Origin: Malacoraja senta
Lineage: Eukaryota
Direction of reading: 5' to 3'
Assembly (NCBI GenBank): GCA_038087875.1
Contig: CM075993.1
Coordinates: forward strand, 8,434,001 to 8,498,000
Length of the DNA: 64,000 nt
The position numbers and the translations under genes are program-made. Of this stretch, positions 12,494 to 26,004 are shown one piece after another (position 1 is the first letter of the stretch; each line of letters opens with the position of its first letter). The notes beneath the pieces were generated by a model that did not search any database, was not told the DNA's origin, and saw nothing but the letters and a program-made list of their open reading frames with translations.

Positions 12494-12699
12494 TACACAC
12501 AAAATGCCAGAGTAACTCAGTGGGAAAGGCAGCATCTCTGGAGAAAGGGGCTTTCCCCTGACTCTCAGTCTGAAGAAGGGTCTCAACCTGAAACGTCACC
12601 CATTCCTTCTCTCCAGAGATGCTGCCTGTCCCGCGGAGTTACTCCAGCATTTTGTGTCTCTCTTTGGTTTAAACCAGCATCTGCAGTTCCTTCCTACAC
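12494..12699. mobile_element. Fold-back Penelope-derived insertion with 15-bp TSD
   Basis: TSD atgaaag(g/a)taaaaga at 12479-12493 and 12700-12714. Hammerhead core at 12570-12597. Confidence 0.85.
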
Positions 12700-14033
12700 A
12701 TGAAAGATAAAAGAATGCATTCAGAAAGAATGTAGAAAAATATTTAATGTAGACGTCCTCAACCCCAGTCAAGTCTGTGGCATTTCTTTTTGAAGGGACT
12801 CGGGAGCAGAATTAAGTTCTGAGGGCTTTTGAAGTGCATTGACAGCAACTCAAAGAAAATTACTCTTGACCCTGTGCGTTGCACTCTGACAGAAGACTAC
12901 ACATCATGCCTCTATTATACAAATGTCTGTGTCTGCGAGAGCTATCATGAACAGAATGTAGTTTGACCTTGCATCATATAGAGCAGGGAATTGAGCACGT
13001 TCCCTTGAGAGGAATCTTTGTGAACTCTTAATAAGTGCCCTTTTCTTGATTGCTGATTGTTTTTGGAAAAAAAAGGAAATTAAAATTCCACGTCACATGT
13101 GCTGTGAAAGACTGGTGAAGGGAACATTGGCTCTATATACTGCAAACAGCAGAGCAACAGTTTGGGTCGTTCACGATTCTGGGTCCAAAAAAATAGAAGG
13201 TAAGATTTTCAGAAAAGCACGATATACTCTGAACTGTTTGTTCATCAGACGGGGCATCTGAGATGATGCGACAGTAAAGAACACTTTGTGATCATGAAGG
13301 CGAGGGTGTGGCAGAGTGGATTTGAGGGAGAATAACAGAGGGTAGAATTTTATAACCACATTAGGGAAGCTCCTCAGTCAGTGTGGCAGTGTGTAGAGAT
13401 CATGCTGTTTACTTTGGCCACAATTTGTTGCAGTGGAAATGATGGGAGATCAAGTTAACTCTGATTCCTATTGTCAATACAGATGGTTGTCATAGACTAG
13501 ACTGAGGTTTCCATCCCTTCTCAGAAGTGTGCACTTTGTCACACTGAATGTCACACAAAAAAAAATGTAATTCAAATTTCAATTAATCTAGTATTTGATG
13601 CTATTCGATCTCACTGTTCTGGTCTAGGATTTATTCACTAATGGGGCAGTAGATTTAAAACCAATCAATGCAGACCATGGGGCCACAAAGATTCAACACA
13701 GATAAGATGGAAACGAGCTCTGGGGCTGAACGTCACTGGATGTTAGGTGAATCGAGGCCAAGCAAGGAAAGGGAGTGGCCGTCTTAAGGGATTTTCAGGA
13801 ATGTTCATTTCCAGGCACTGCGATCCCCGCCAGGCTCTGCCTTAAAACGAGACAATCAGAGGGAGGAAACAAGACAGATAGGATGGCACATGGATGCTCA
13901 ATTCTCAGTTGATAGGGCAGTGATTCATTCCCCAGCCGCAGATCAGTCTGAATCATTAAAGCTGGAAGTGCATCTCTTATTGCTCAGCTGGCCTGATTTA
14001 ATCCAATATGCTATCAGCCTCGTCTTCCCCATA

Positions 14034-14320
14034 TTTAGTTTGGTTTAGGGATACAGTGAGGAAATAGGCCCTTCGTCCCACCGAGTCCACGCCGACCAGT
14101 GGTCACCCGAACACTACACACGAGCTATTTTACAGAAGCCAATTAACCTAGAAACCTCCAAGTCGTGGAATGTTGGAGTAAACAGGAGCATCTAGAGAAA
14201 ACCCACGCAGTCGCAGGGAGAACGTACAAACTCCGTACGGACAGCACCCATAGTCGGGATCGAACCACAGTCTCTGGTGCTACAAGGCAGCAACTCTACC
14301 ATTGTGCCACCGTACCGCCC
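14034..14320 (-). mobile_element. HE1/V-SINE-like SINE
   Basis: Full head-to-tail similarity to other copies. Confidence 0.85.
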
Positions 14321-14844
14321 TGAAGTAATTTGATTTTCAAAAGTCTCTTTGAGTTTGTGTTAAACTTAAACCCACTCACAACATCAAATCCTTCTGTCGA
14401 CTAATGATTTCTTGACTTGTGATAAACATCAGAAGTGAATGTGGTGATTTGTCTTTGCCCAACCCTGTCCCACAGCAGTTTGTGTATAACTGATAAAATG
14501 GTCTGTTTTTAGTCTCAATAAGCCATGATTTGGTTACTATTCCTGTGATCACTGTTTCTTGGCTAACGTGCTTGAAAGTGTGTGAAAGAACATTAATGAT
14601 TGCAAGTAAATATTCTCCTTTGTAGCATTTTGGTTGGTTTTAATCTTGGGATGCTACATTAATGCAGATCTTGCATTGTGGACATTTAATTTCCTGTGAG
14701 TTTTATCTGGGCTGACATCTTAAATTCAATCATCTAAGATTATGTTGCAAGTTAAGTGAGGTTGAAATATTGAAATTGTACCCTAGCAGTGGACATTTCC
14801 AAAGGGTTCTTTGCCCAGCAATTAGCTCACACTTCCAGTTTTAG

Positions 14845-15159
14845 GCTGGGTGGCGCAGTGGTAGAGTTGTGGCCTTACAGCGCCAGAGACCCGGGTTCGA
14901 TCCTGACTACGGGTGCTGTCTGTACAGAGTTTGTACATTCTCCCTGTGACGGCGTGGGTTTTCTTCAGGTGCTCCAGTTTTCTCCAACATTGCGAAGACA
15001 TGCCGTTTTTTGTTGGTGAATTGTTTTTTATAAATTGCTCCTAGCGGTTAGGATGCGAAACTGGGATAACGCAGAACTAGTGTACGGGTGATACGTTGGT
15101 TGGTGTGGACTCGGTGGGCCGAAGGGCTTGTTTCCACACTGTATCTCTAAACTAAACTA
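14845..15159 (+). mobile_element. HE1/V-SINE-like SINE
   Basis: A box tggcgcagtgg (14851), B box ggttcgatcc (14894), ends ctctaaactaaacta. Confidence 0.88.
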
Positions 15160-15699
15160 TCCTTTTCTCTTTCCTACACTTGGTATTTGGATTTACAGTA
15201 AACACTATAGGAAGGGATGTTAAGTATTCACATGTGATTCACTTCGAATTAAACACGGCCATGGTAAATCTGCGAACAGTGTAATGTCTAACATTGAATC
15301 TACAGCATAGAATTGGGCGATTCAGCAGGACTGATCTATACCAGTATTTGTGTACTACACGTATATAGGACACGTATAATTGCCTACACACACACACACA
15401 CCCTGTCTTCCCTTCTCCCATACGGCTGCAGCAAACCGTACTAAAAACAAACATATCCTTTCTGCTTCACAAGACAGCAAGTTCCATGTTTTTGCCAGAT
15501 TGTAAGATGATGAATCCTCAATTCTTCATTCAGTCTGTTTCTGACTGCATTGTGTTTGACTTTCATTCCATTGGACTTGGAACAACATATCGTTATTTCC
15601 CATTCCCCATGCTTATGATAGAGCCATTGTTGTGCAATGCAGAAATGTGTGGGTCCTGCTCATGTTAGTCTTCCCAAAATACATCTCATTTCTCATCAT

Positions 15700-16345
15700 T
15701 ATCTGTGGTGGTGTCGCGGTGAATTTAAAGTTGGAGTTGGAACTGTCCGTCTGCATAGTTATGGTCTAAAGTGAGTAGCGCAGGCGTACGAGCAGACAGC
15801 CTTGAGATGCTTATGGAGGAGGAAGTGTTGTTGCCAATTCATACTGATTGTGTTCTGTTGATGAGGAAGTCAAGGATCCAGTTGTAAAGGGATGCGTAGA
15901 GATCCAGTTCCCTGAGCTTGGTAACGAGTGTGGAGAGGATGATGGTGTTGAATGCCGAGCTGTAGTCTGTGGACAACAGCCTAACGTGTGTTTTTATCGT
16001 CCAAGTGGTTTGGTGCAGAATGGAGAGCAAACTAGATCGCATCTTCTGTTGATCTTTTGTAGCGATTGTAGTAGATCCAGGTTCTTGCTAAGGTACCAAC
16101 CTGTAAGAACCAACCTCTCAAAGCACTTCAGCACCATCGAGGTGAGTGTCATCAGTTGGTAGTCATTGAGGCATGTCACCTTTCTCTTCTTGAGCACTGG
16201 TATCATTGATGCCCTTTTAAAGCAGTTAGGAACCTCAGAAAATAATGAGAGGTTGAAGATGTCTGCAAAAACTCCAGCCAGTTGATCCTCACAGGTTTGG
16301 AGAACGTGACTGGGTATGCCTTCAGGCCCTGATGCTTTTCGGGTT
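15700..16345 (-). mobile_element. Degenerate Rex1/Babar LINE RT fragment
   Basis: ORFs 15839..16042 and 15994..16206 ([27 protein letters not shown]) match ORF 2972..4267. Confidence 0.8.
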
Positions 16346-16359
16346 TGTACTTTTATGGC

Positions 16360-16860
16360 CTGCTATACAAGTCCTGTCTAAATGACACTTCAGCATAGTG
16401 TTTGTGTTTAATTCCACCACTTCCTCTGGCAGTGCGTTCCAGATATCAACTCGTCTTTGTAAAAAATAACTTCCCCTCGCATCCCCCTTGGACTCCATTT
16501 TCTCACCATAGACCTTGGCCCTCTTGTTTTGGATAACCCTATCATGACAAAAAAGATATTGCCTGTCTACTGTATCTATACCTCTTGTAATTTGATATAC
16601 TTCAGTCGGATCATCCCTCAACCATCACTCCATGGAAAACAAACCCAGCTATCCAATGTCTCTCCATGACTGCAGTCCTCCCATGCGCGCAACTTCCTGG
16701 TAAACTCTGCGCAACTCTCTCTAGCACCACTGCATCCTTCTGATTGTGTGATGACCAGAACTAAACCCAATAGTCCAAATGTTGTCTAACAAATGTTTCG
16801 TGAAGTTACAATAACATCTCAGCTTTTATATTCTATGTCCTGACTTATGAAGGCAAGCAT
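16360..16860 (-). mobile_element. Old CR1 LINE fragment
   Basis: RDDPTEVYQITRGID...QRRVDIWNALPEEVVE. Confidence 0.7.
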
Positions 16861-17054
16861 GATATATACACAAAAATAAACCTGCTGAGTTACTCCAGCT
16901 TTATGTCTACGGTTTAAACCAACATTTGCAGTTCCTTCCTACATAAGCATGATATCTGCCGCCTTTATCACACTATCCATCCACACCATTTTCTTTGAAC
17001 TACAGACTAAAACCCCTATGTTCATCACAAACCAATTATTATGTATGTCGTATC

Positions 17055-18060
17055 CATAGAATCATACAATGTGGAAACAGGCTCTTCGGTACAACACCGA
17101 CCATCATGTCCCATCTACATCACTCCCACCTGCCTGAGTTTGGCCCATATCCCTCTAAACCTGTCGTATCCATGTACCTGTCCAAATGTTTCTTAAACGT
17201 TGCAACAGTACCTTTCTCAACTACCGCCTCTGGCATACACCCACCACCCTTTGTGTGAAGAAGTTACCCCTCGGGTTCCTATTAAATCTTTCCCCCCCTC
17301 ATCTTAAACCTATGTCCTCTGGTTCTTGATTTCCCCACTCTGGGCAAGAGAATCTGTGCGTCTACCCAATCTATCAGATCACCCTTCATCCCAGGAACAG
17401 AGTCATGGCCTGCTCAAACCCTCCCTATAGCTCAGGCCCTCGTTCAATCCTCGTAAATCTTCTCGGCGGCCTTTCCAGCTTGACAACGTTGTTCCTATAA
17501 CATGGTACCAAGAACTGAACACAATATTCTAAATGCGACCTCACCAACGTCTTGTGTAACTGCAACATGCCCTCCCAACTTCCATGTGTAGGAAAGAACT
17601 GCAAATGCTGGTTTAAATCGAAGGTAGACACAAAATGCTGGAGTAACTCAGCAAGACAGGCAGTATTTCTGAAGAAGGGTCTCGACCCGAAACGGCATCC
17701 ATTCCTTTTCTCCAGAGATGCTGCCTGTCCCGCTGAGTAACTCCAGCATTTTGTGTCTACCTCTCAACTTCTATACTCAATACTCTGACTGATGAAGGCC
17801 AATGTGCCGAAAGCCTTTTTGACGTCCCAATCTACATGTGGTGCCACTTTCAATGAACTATGTACCTGTATTCCTCGATCACTCTGCTCTGCAACACACC
17901 CCATTCGCTGTGTAGGTTCTGCCCACTAATGGCACGAAATGCAACGCCTCACATTTCTCTGTATTAAATTCCGTCAGCTATTCCTCAGCACACCTGCCCA
18001 AACCGACCAAGATCCTGCTGCAAATTTTGACAACGATATTCACTAGCTCCAATACCACCC
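17055..18060 (-). mobile_element. CR1 LINE 3' fragment interrupted by a fold-back PLE unit
   Basis: LQLHKTLVRSHLEYCVQF motif; CR1 tail near 17055-17100. Confidence 0.8.
17585..17759. mobile_element. Fold-back Penelope-derived insertion
   Basis: Imperfect TSD cctcccaacttcca / cctctcaacttcta at 17571-17584 and 17760-17773. Confidence 0.8.
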
Positions 18061-18169
18061 ACCCACCTATCTGTGCACTTGTCAGGATTAATTTCCATCT
18101 GCCAACACTTTGTTCAACTGGATTATTATAAGTGGGAAGGAACACTGAGTGGATTACGGGAGATTGGAA

Positions 18170-18750
18170 CTGTCAGTGTTCATGCCATTGGGCTGTAGGC
18201 TACCTCAGTGGAATGCGAGTGCTGTTGCTCTGGCTTATATTTGGCTCGTTGTAGCAGTGGAGAAGGCTGAGAAAATGGAAAGGGGTTGAAATGATTTGCC
18301 ACCAGAAGCTCAAGATGGCACCATTTCACCCAAGGATTTCCGTATGTTCGCTTTTTCCAGCCCACTCCTTTTATGCCTATCATCCCTCCGTTATGTGGTT
18401 CCGGACTCTGTTTTGTGCACTTATCTCCCCCCCCCCCCCCCCCAATTCCCCTCCCCCCCCCCGCCATTCAGCTCCATGTGCCTTTTTTCCCTCCTTTTCT
18501 TGTGTTTTCCTCCTGTCACCTACCAGTCTCATTCAACACTATCTGGCTACATATGCCCATCATTTCCTGCACACTCCACCCTCCTCCATTTAGTTCCAAC
18601 TATCACCTACCAGACCTTGTCTCACCCCTTCCTCTCACTTCTATATACTGGCAATCTTCCCTTTACACTCTGTGCTGAAGTCTTGACCCAAAACATCAAC
18701 CATTCCTTTGCTTCCACGGGTGCTGCTTGACCCACTGACTTCTTCCAGCT
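18170..18750. mobile_element. Old Penelope-like remnant with inversion
   Basis: Minus-strand VANHFN...EQQH remnant at 18170-18310; plus-strand pyrimidine-rich UTR and decayed terminal repeat to 18750. Confidence 0.55.
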
Positions 18751-19650
18751 ATCACAAAGCCACATTTTAGATCCAATTAGCCAGTTTTCCTTGGACCCCA
18801 CATGCATGAATATTTTGGACCAGTCTACCATGCAGGACCTTGTCGAAAGCCTTCATAAAAGTCCCCATGGACAATGTCCATTGCCCTGTCTCCATCAATC
18901 TTTGTTGTTCCTTCCTCAAAACTCTCAGTCATTTCAGTGAAACGGGATTTATTCCACTCAATCCAGGCTGACTATTCCTGATCATCCCTTGCCTTTCCAA
19001 GTTTATATAAATCCTATCCCAGAGGATTTTCTCTATTCATTTCTCTACCACTGACGCAAGGCTCACCAGCCTATTGCTTATCCTTGTTGCCCTCTGAAAT
19101 AAAGGAACAACTATAACTATCCTCCAGTCTTTTGGTGCTTTACCAATGCCAACAAAGGTGCCAAAGGTCTCCAACATTGCCCCCGCCTTTTCTTCCCATA
19201 GCAACTTGGGACAGTTCTCCTCTGGCCCGGGGGAATTTCTGCCTTGTGCATCCCATTATCTGCAGCTTTCAACATCATCCTTGCAATTTCTAAATTCAAA
19301 TTACTTGAGTATGTGGTAAACAACAAAAGCTTCAGTACTTATCCATGCAGAACATCTCATTTCTTCTGGTCTGGCAGACATATCTTTTACCCTAAACTGC
19401 AGCTGTGGCAAACAACCTATCTACCCCCACCCTCTCAAAATCTGCGTCTAGATACCTTTATTTTTGTTTAAATCCCTGTGGTATTCTGCTTCTAAATACT
19501 TGAAGAATTGATGATATTTCTACAGTGGTTTGGAAGTATGGGAGGTGATGATGGCAGGGAATATAATGTGGGGAGTTGGGAACTTCATGGCAAAAATTTA
19601 CTCAGTGAAAAATAAGAAGAGCTAAAAATACTCAACCGGTTTGGCAGTAC

Positions 19651-19888
19651 CTTTAGACTTTAGAGATACAGCAGGGAAACAGGCCCTTCGGCCCACCAAG
19701 TCCGTGCCGAACAGCGATCACCCCATACTCTAGCACTATCCTACACACTAAGAACAATTCAAAATTTTACCAAAGCCAGTTACCCGACATATCGTACAAA
19801 CTCCATACTGACAGCACCCATAGTCAGGATCGACCCCGGGTCTCTGGCGCTGTAAGGCAGCAACTCTACTGCTGCGCCACTGTGCCAC
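19651..19888 (-). mobile_element. HE1/V-SINE-like SINE
   Basis: Similarity to other copies. Confidence 0.85.
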
Positions 19889-19907
19889 CTGTGGAGGAAG
19901 AAACAGC

Positions 19908-20123
19908 AGGTAGACACAAAGCTGGAGTAACTCAGCAGGACAGGCAGCAGCTCTGGAGAGAAGGAATGGGTGACGTTTTGGGTCAAACCCCTTCTTCAGA
20001 CCTTCTCGATACGAAACGTCACCCATTCCCTCTCTCCAGCTATGCTGCCTGTCCTGTTGTGTAACTCCAGTTTTTTGTGTCTATCTTCGGTTTGAACCAG
20101 CATCTGAAGTTCCTTCCTAAACA
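19908..20123. mobile_element. Fold-back Penelope-derived insertion with 14-bp TSD
   Basis: TSD gaggaagaaacagc at 19894-19907 and 20124-20137. Confidence 0.88.
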
Positions 20124-21336
20124 GAGGAAGAAACAGCTATGATTTCCAAGTGCGGATTTTTTTTGAGTGAGGCTGTAGATTTTATCTGGACAGATGCAGT
20201 CTATTCATTAATACAGTTGCTCTTATTAACAACATGTAGTTACGTTTCTGATTGTGCAGTTTGCTTTGTCTCCTCAATGTTACCCCTTTTGCCTTGTAAC
20301 CCAGTGGTCCTGCAGAGGGACTGATCACTTTATGAACTGCCATGTTTATTTTGAACGTGGCTGCAGGAGTGAGCCTGACTAACAAGGCCATCACAATGTC
20401 TTTGCGTTTTTACCAGCCTGTTTCCCAGGGTATGATATTGAAGGCTCTTCTGTACTCCCAACATCATGAGTTAATCGTCACACATCCCTATCCATATTTT
20501 CTACAATCTCCTCACAGCAGAAACCAAAAATGGTTGGCCATCTTGCATGCTTAATAAATGTTCTGGCTGTCTGGTTTGGTTTCCAGCAGCTACTCAAATA
20601 GTTTCTGACATTGTGTCAGTTGTGACAAGCGGAAAGCCCCTAAGATCTCGTACTTATCGGAAGTACACAATTCCATCTATTTAGTTATCATCCTCGTTGC
20701 TCTGTGCTTAGTGAAATAAGCTTGGGAGAACAGAAATCGCAGCTGTACCTACGAAAAACTGTAGAGACGCATCTTAGTGCTCTTTTGTGTGATAAGATTG
20801 TCAGTGCGATCTCTGGCATTGTGGAGCGCAAACAGCCGAGAATTACTACATGCCATGAAGAGCATTGGATTTCTATCAAAGTTTGAAGCAGAATATGACT
20901 TCAGGCAAACAATCGCGCAGAGTTCCAAGTCTCAACCAAGCCAATGCCAAATGAGTACAAAGAAGGGAGATGGCCAGAGAAACTGAGGTTTGTGATCTAA
21001 AGTAGCTCTTACTTAAGGGACATTACTTGCTGGTGTTATTGTCTTGGGTAGTTCCTTGGGCCAAGTTGACTTGCTTCCACTTGGTTCTGCGGCTGCTATC
21101 ATGGTTGATATGGTCAATAAGGAACCTGGACAACTCTAGTACAGGCAGGGTAGGAAATGCTTGCTGTGGAGGGTGAGTGGATAATTTTGGAAGTGATCCT
21201 TTTGCTTCTGAGATTTTTGCCAAATATCCAGTTCCCCGCACCATAATGTTCCCCATCATCTGTTTTCACAGGACTTGAGCATGTTCCCGATGAAGGGCCT
21301 CAATGCTCGGTGCAAACCTCTTGGTTTCTCCATTTT

Positions 21337-21420
21337 GAGACAGACAGCACACGTAGTCAGGATTGAACCCGGGTCTCTGGCGCTGTAAGTCAGCAACACT
21401 ACCGCTTGCCACCGTGCCAA
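21337..21420 (-). mobile_element. SINE tRNA-head fragment
   Basis: gacagcac...gtagtcaggattgaacccgggtctctggcgctgtaa. Confidence 0.7.
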
Positions 21421-22576
21421 CTTGCCTTGTGCCAGATAACAGGAAGTCCCATCTGTAGTTGCCACAGTTAGATTTCTCCTATTTCTTGAATATGTTACAG
21501 CTACAGTAACTCTTATCTCCTGGGATGTCCCCTTGTTCCAAGCTTTGGCAGAGGAGGCTGTGAATTTTCCGTTATGTTTCCCTTCATGACGTTGCCTCAT
21601 TACTCCAAGGATCAGGTGGATCCTGACCTCGGCTGCTATCTGTGCAGAGTAAACATATTATCTCTGACAATGTGGGTTTCCTCAGGGTGATTACGTTTAA
21701 TCCCACATCCCACGTGTCGGTAGGTTAGTTTAAATTGCTCCTTGTATAGATAAACCAATGGCTAATCTAAATCTGAGCCAAAGAGGTGTTGATGGGCAAG
21801 AATGAGAGAATACATTGTAAGTAGGGCAAGCTAAGGAGGGAGAGGGGAAATAGGACTGATTCAGTTGCTCCTCTGGGTACCTGCATTTACCCAATGACCT
21901 GATCGTGCTCTTAGTTTGTAAAAAATAAAACGGTTTTAAATTTCAGCAAGGATAGAATTACCCTTTTCTTGTTAGTTGGGTGGAGGTGAGACTGGGTTAG
22001 ATCACACACTGAGTGATGGCTTCTTGGGCAGAATCTTGGTTGAAGAGTTCTTCAAAGCAAACCTTTGATCTGTATTAACTGCCTCCGTGTCTCAGGTGGA
22101 CACACTGTTTTGATCTTGGCTCTCAGCAGGCTGGGCCCAAGGAGATATGTGTGAGTTGCTGGTTCTCTTTTGTTCTTTTTGCCCACCTTGGCCTTTGCGT
22201 GGCACTGGAGGTTTTTTTTTGCCCCTCGTGGAAAGGTTTTCAAAGCAGGAACACATGGCATCTGTGGTTAATTCATTTCTGCATCTCTTCGTCTTTCCTG
22301 TCAGGAGATATGACTTACGAGCAGGAATAGGCTACCTGGGCCATGATGCTTTCTCTGCCATTTATCATGATCATGTCTGGCCTTTATCTTTCTGTATCTC
22401 CAGAGCCCTCAATATCCAAATATCAGTCAGCCTTTGTTTTCAATGAACCTGATCTTGAACCTCCACAGTGCTCCCGAGAAGAGATTTGCCAATTAAAAAG
22501 CACAAATGCTGGAAGCATTCAGCAGGGCAGGGGCAGCATCTGTGGAAATCTGAACGGAGGTGCATGATTTTTAATC

Positions 22577-22945
22577 TAGTTTAGAGATACAGCATTGAAA
22601 TAAGCCCTTCGGCCCGTCAAGTCCATGCTGACCATCAATCACCTGTTTGGACAGGTTCAATGTTATCCCACTTTCTCATCCACTCCCTCCATGTTCGGGG
22701 CAATTTACAGAGGTCAATTAACCTACAATCCAAGGGTGTGGTAGGAAACTGGAGTGTGGGGTGTGGGAGGAATACGTTTCAGCTAGAACCTGTAGGGTGT
22801 GGGAGGAAACTGGAGCATCAGCAGGAACCCACAAGGTCGTAGGGAGAACGTGCAAACTCCACGCAGCCAGCACCCGAGGTTCGGATCAAACCAGGTCTCT
22901 GTGGTTGTAAGGTAGCAGCTCTACCAGTTGCGCCATTGTGCCACC
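22577..22945 (-). mobile_element. HE1/V-SINE-like SINE (older subfamily with internal triplication)
   Basis: Head and tail similarity; gggtgtgg(g)aggaa repeated three times. Confidence 0.75.
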
Positions 22946-23294
22946 CTTTGAATGTGTCGTGCCTGTTGTGTTCAAGCTATCACATGGGCTTGATAGCAAG
23001 ATCATGATTCAATGGCAAACAGTGGGGGGTGACTGGAGCACAGGTCGTACAGCATGGCCATTAGTACTCACACATACATCAATGCTGTGTTGCCTTGCTG
23101 TTAACAGGTGCCAGTTTTATTCTGCCGAGATGTCATGTCAGTCGGTCACTCTTCCAAATGTTACTGTAAATTACAAAGTCTTCACATTCCACCCAGATGT
23201 TTGGCAAAAGAAAACAAGAGATTGCATTTATATAATGCTTTACAGAATCACAGGAATCCCTCTGCTTAACCACGAAGGAAGTCGTTTTTGTAAA

Positions 23295-23390
23295 CAGACA
23301 CAAAATGCTGAAGTAAACTCATCGGGACAGGCAGCATCTCTCGGTAGAAGGAATGGGTGACGTTTCCGGTCGAGACCCTTCTTCAGACTG
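23295..23390 (-). mobile_element. Penelope-derived short unit
   Basis: agacacaaaatgctg...gtgacgtttccggtcgagacccttcttcagactg. Confidence 0.8.
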
Positions 23391-24124
23391 TAAAGTATTA
23401 GGGGTGAAGAGAAATGATCAAATACTGCCAGCATGTAGTAATAAAGTACTGTTGGCTCATGTGTCCCGTGTCGTAAACACTGCAAGGTGAGGGGATAATG
23501 CAGTTGTATCCATAATAAAGCTGGCATCTACTCTACTGCTCTGACAGAACTCCCAAGACGTCACAGCCAGGCAGACCAGTGGGACGATGTGTTTCCTAAA
23601 TGAGTTATTCTCCTGGAGTGGGACCCTTCTGCTGAATTGGTAATTGTTTTTGCTGCAGCCATTGTTGCCCTGTTGGATCTGGGCTAATATTGTCAGGATT
23701 CATTTTGTAACCAGCTGAGAATACGTCAGCCCAGCTGTCTATGTGTTCAAATCCACGTTGCATCGTAAACAGCAGTTAATCCCTCCAAGGACAACGCTCT
23801 ATCAGGTGCCATTGTGTTAACAAAGTACTTAAAAGCCAGGGACTTGCACATCAGTATCGGAGACACTGCAGAGGTTAAAGTGACCCCTGTAGTCTCAATG
23901 TTCAGTAATATTAATGCTGATCTTTACACAGACCTGCAGGGTTTGAGAACAGAGGTGACTCTGGTTGGGAAGGAGAGGAATTACTCAGGCTTGGCAAAGA
24001 ACAACATCCTGACACAAGGTGGAAGTTGCAGATGGTGTCCGTGAGTGTTATGTAAGGTGAAGGGTTGGGGTTCAGGTTTTAAGTTTGGCTGGGAATGATC
24101 ATAAACCCGAGGGATGCTTCAAAA

Positions 24125-25172
24125 TGTGTCGGCAGGAACTGCAGATGCTGGTTTACACCGAAGATAGACACACAATACTGGTGTAATTAAGTGGGTCTGG
24201 CAGCATCTCTGGTGAAATGGAATAGGTGACATTTCGGGTCGTGGCCCATCTTTGGTCAGAAGAAGGGTCTCGACCTGTAACGTCGCCCATTCCTTCTAAT
24301 AATAATAATAACAAATATTTTATTAATCCCCTTTTCAGGGGAAATTCAGATGTCCTTGCAGCACACTATTAAAAATACAACATAGCATTATAAAGAAATT
24401 TAACATAAAACATAAAAACATCCCCCCACAATGGTTCCCACTGTGAGGGAAGTACAAAGTCCAGTCCCTATCCCCCATGTCCACCCATAGTCGGGCTATT
24501 GAGGCCTCCGCAGTCGCCGCTACGGGACCGATGTTTCAGGCCCTCTCGCCGGGTGATGGTGCTCTGGCGTCGGGGAGAACCCTCTCAGCGGCTTGGGACA
24601 CCTGGAACGGCCGCTTCCTTACCGGCTTCCGAAGCCAACAGGCCGCGCTGGACGGAGCTCCACCACTGGTGATCTCGACGAGAAATCCCAGGCTCCCGAT
24701 GTTAAAGTCAGCACCGCCGCTCCACAGACCCGCAGCTCCGCGATGTTCAATCGGCAGATCCCAGCTCCAGCGCGGCGACCCAGGCAAGGCATCGCCCGCT
24801 CCGAGATAGCGCTCCAGCGCTGTGCCGCCGCCGAAGCCAAGGTTCTGGCCGGTCCCGACAGGAAACGCCACTCCAGACCCCGCTGGTTTGCCGCGAGGAC
24901 GGGTCGAAGGTGCTGCTCGGAGGAAAGCCAACCTCTCCGACCAGGTAGGGACTTGAAAAGCAGTTTCCCCCTTCCCAACCCCCACACATAAAAAGATTAG
25001 ACCCCCAACTAACACACTTTTAATGTACTAAAAATTTAAAAAGAAGTGAAAAAAATCGGACAGCTGCAGGCCAGGCAGCCGTACTGGACAGCGCCCCGTA
25101 ACTCCAATGTATGCATCTCTGCAGAGATGCTGCCTGGCCGTTGAGTTACTCCAGCATTTTGTGTCTATCTTC
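24125..25172. mobile_element. Fold-back Penelope-derived unit split by the 24298-25111 insertion
   Basis: Plus arm breaks at cccattccttct (24297) and resumes tctctgcagagatgctgcc (about 25116). Confidence 0.75.
24298..25111 (-). mobile_element. GC-rich non-autonomous retroelement with Rex1/Babar-like 3' tail
   Basis: Body shared with 7611-8283. Minus-strand tail gctgcaaggacatctgaatttcccctgaaaaggggattaataaa followed by (tat)n. Confidence 0.7.
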
Positions 25173-25629
25173 TGTTTGAAAGTGAGATGGAGCTGTGTTT
25201 GCTTACTGTGACCCAGATTTACCCCCGTATAGTTGTAGGAATGCATCAATAAGAGCGTTGAGCAACTCTGCCTCGTTAGAATTATCGAATACATTTTGAT
25301 GTTTGTGGATGGGTTAGTATAAGAGGCATGGGTGTGAAGACTGAACAAACCCCATATAAGTACAAGTTAGGAGCAACGAGAGAGGCATTCATTATCTGAA
25401 GAATGCTGACTTGTTTGGTCTTGGGAATGTTGTTGTTGTGTGTTTGTATGGGTGGTATATCCCAGAAAACACCACAAGTTAATGGAAATGAATGTCCTGC
25501 ATATACTTGGGTTGATATGTTTTTTATAAATGTTTCACTGTCGGACAGTGAAGGGTGCGGGAAGCTGCCACAGCAGGTGACGGTTGGTGCAGTATGCAGG
25601 CTCTTCCAGTCTAACTGTCATGTGTGGAC

Positions 25630-25689
25630 CCACTTTGTGTCCCAAGGTGGATAATTCTGCCACTTTGTGTCCCAAGGTGGATAATTCTG
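25630..25689. repeat. Perfect 30-bp tandem duplication
   Basis: ccactttgtgtcccaaggtggataattctg present twice. Confidence 0.95.
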
Positions 25690-26004
25690 CTGATTGCAAT
25701 GAAAAAATGCAGTCCAGCGAATTGGAAGGGGAGGAGTTCCAGTGTTTCTCATTTCTGTCTGTGACAGCTGGCCTTGTGAAACTGCCATGTAGGTCAGGCT
25801 GCCGTTGCAAATACTCTTACGTAAAGGGTTCCTCTTGTGTTTGGCAGTGGGGTATGTGGTTACTGAAAGCCTGCGCTTGCCAGGAGGCCGGCTATTCGTT
25901 CCCAAGCTAATCTTGTGTAATACTTTGATCAATGTATTTTGAGTATGTCTGGAAGCAGTTCAGGTTCCACTGAAGTTGCTGGGAGGTGTTATATTCCACT
26001 GTCT

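Noticed and set aside
14845..14920. tRNA gene
   Set aside because: A and B boxes belong to a SINE head that runs into the SINE body and tail; no complete cloverleaf.
24477..25015. Overlapping ORFs of 80-159 aa
   Set aside because: GC-rich repeat interior with no recognisable domain; much of it is deleted in the sister copy at 7611-8283.
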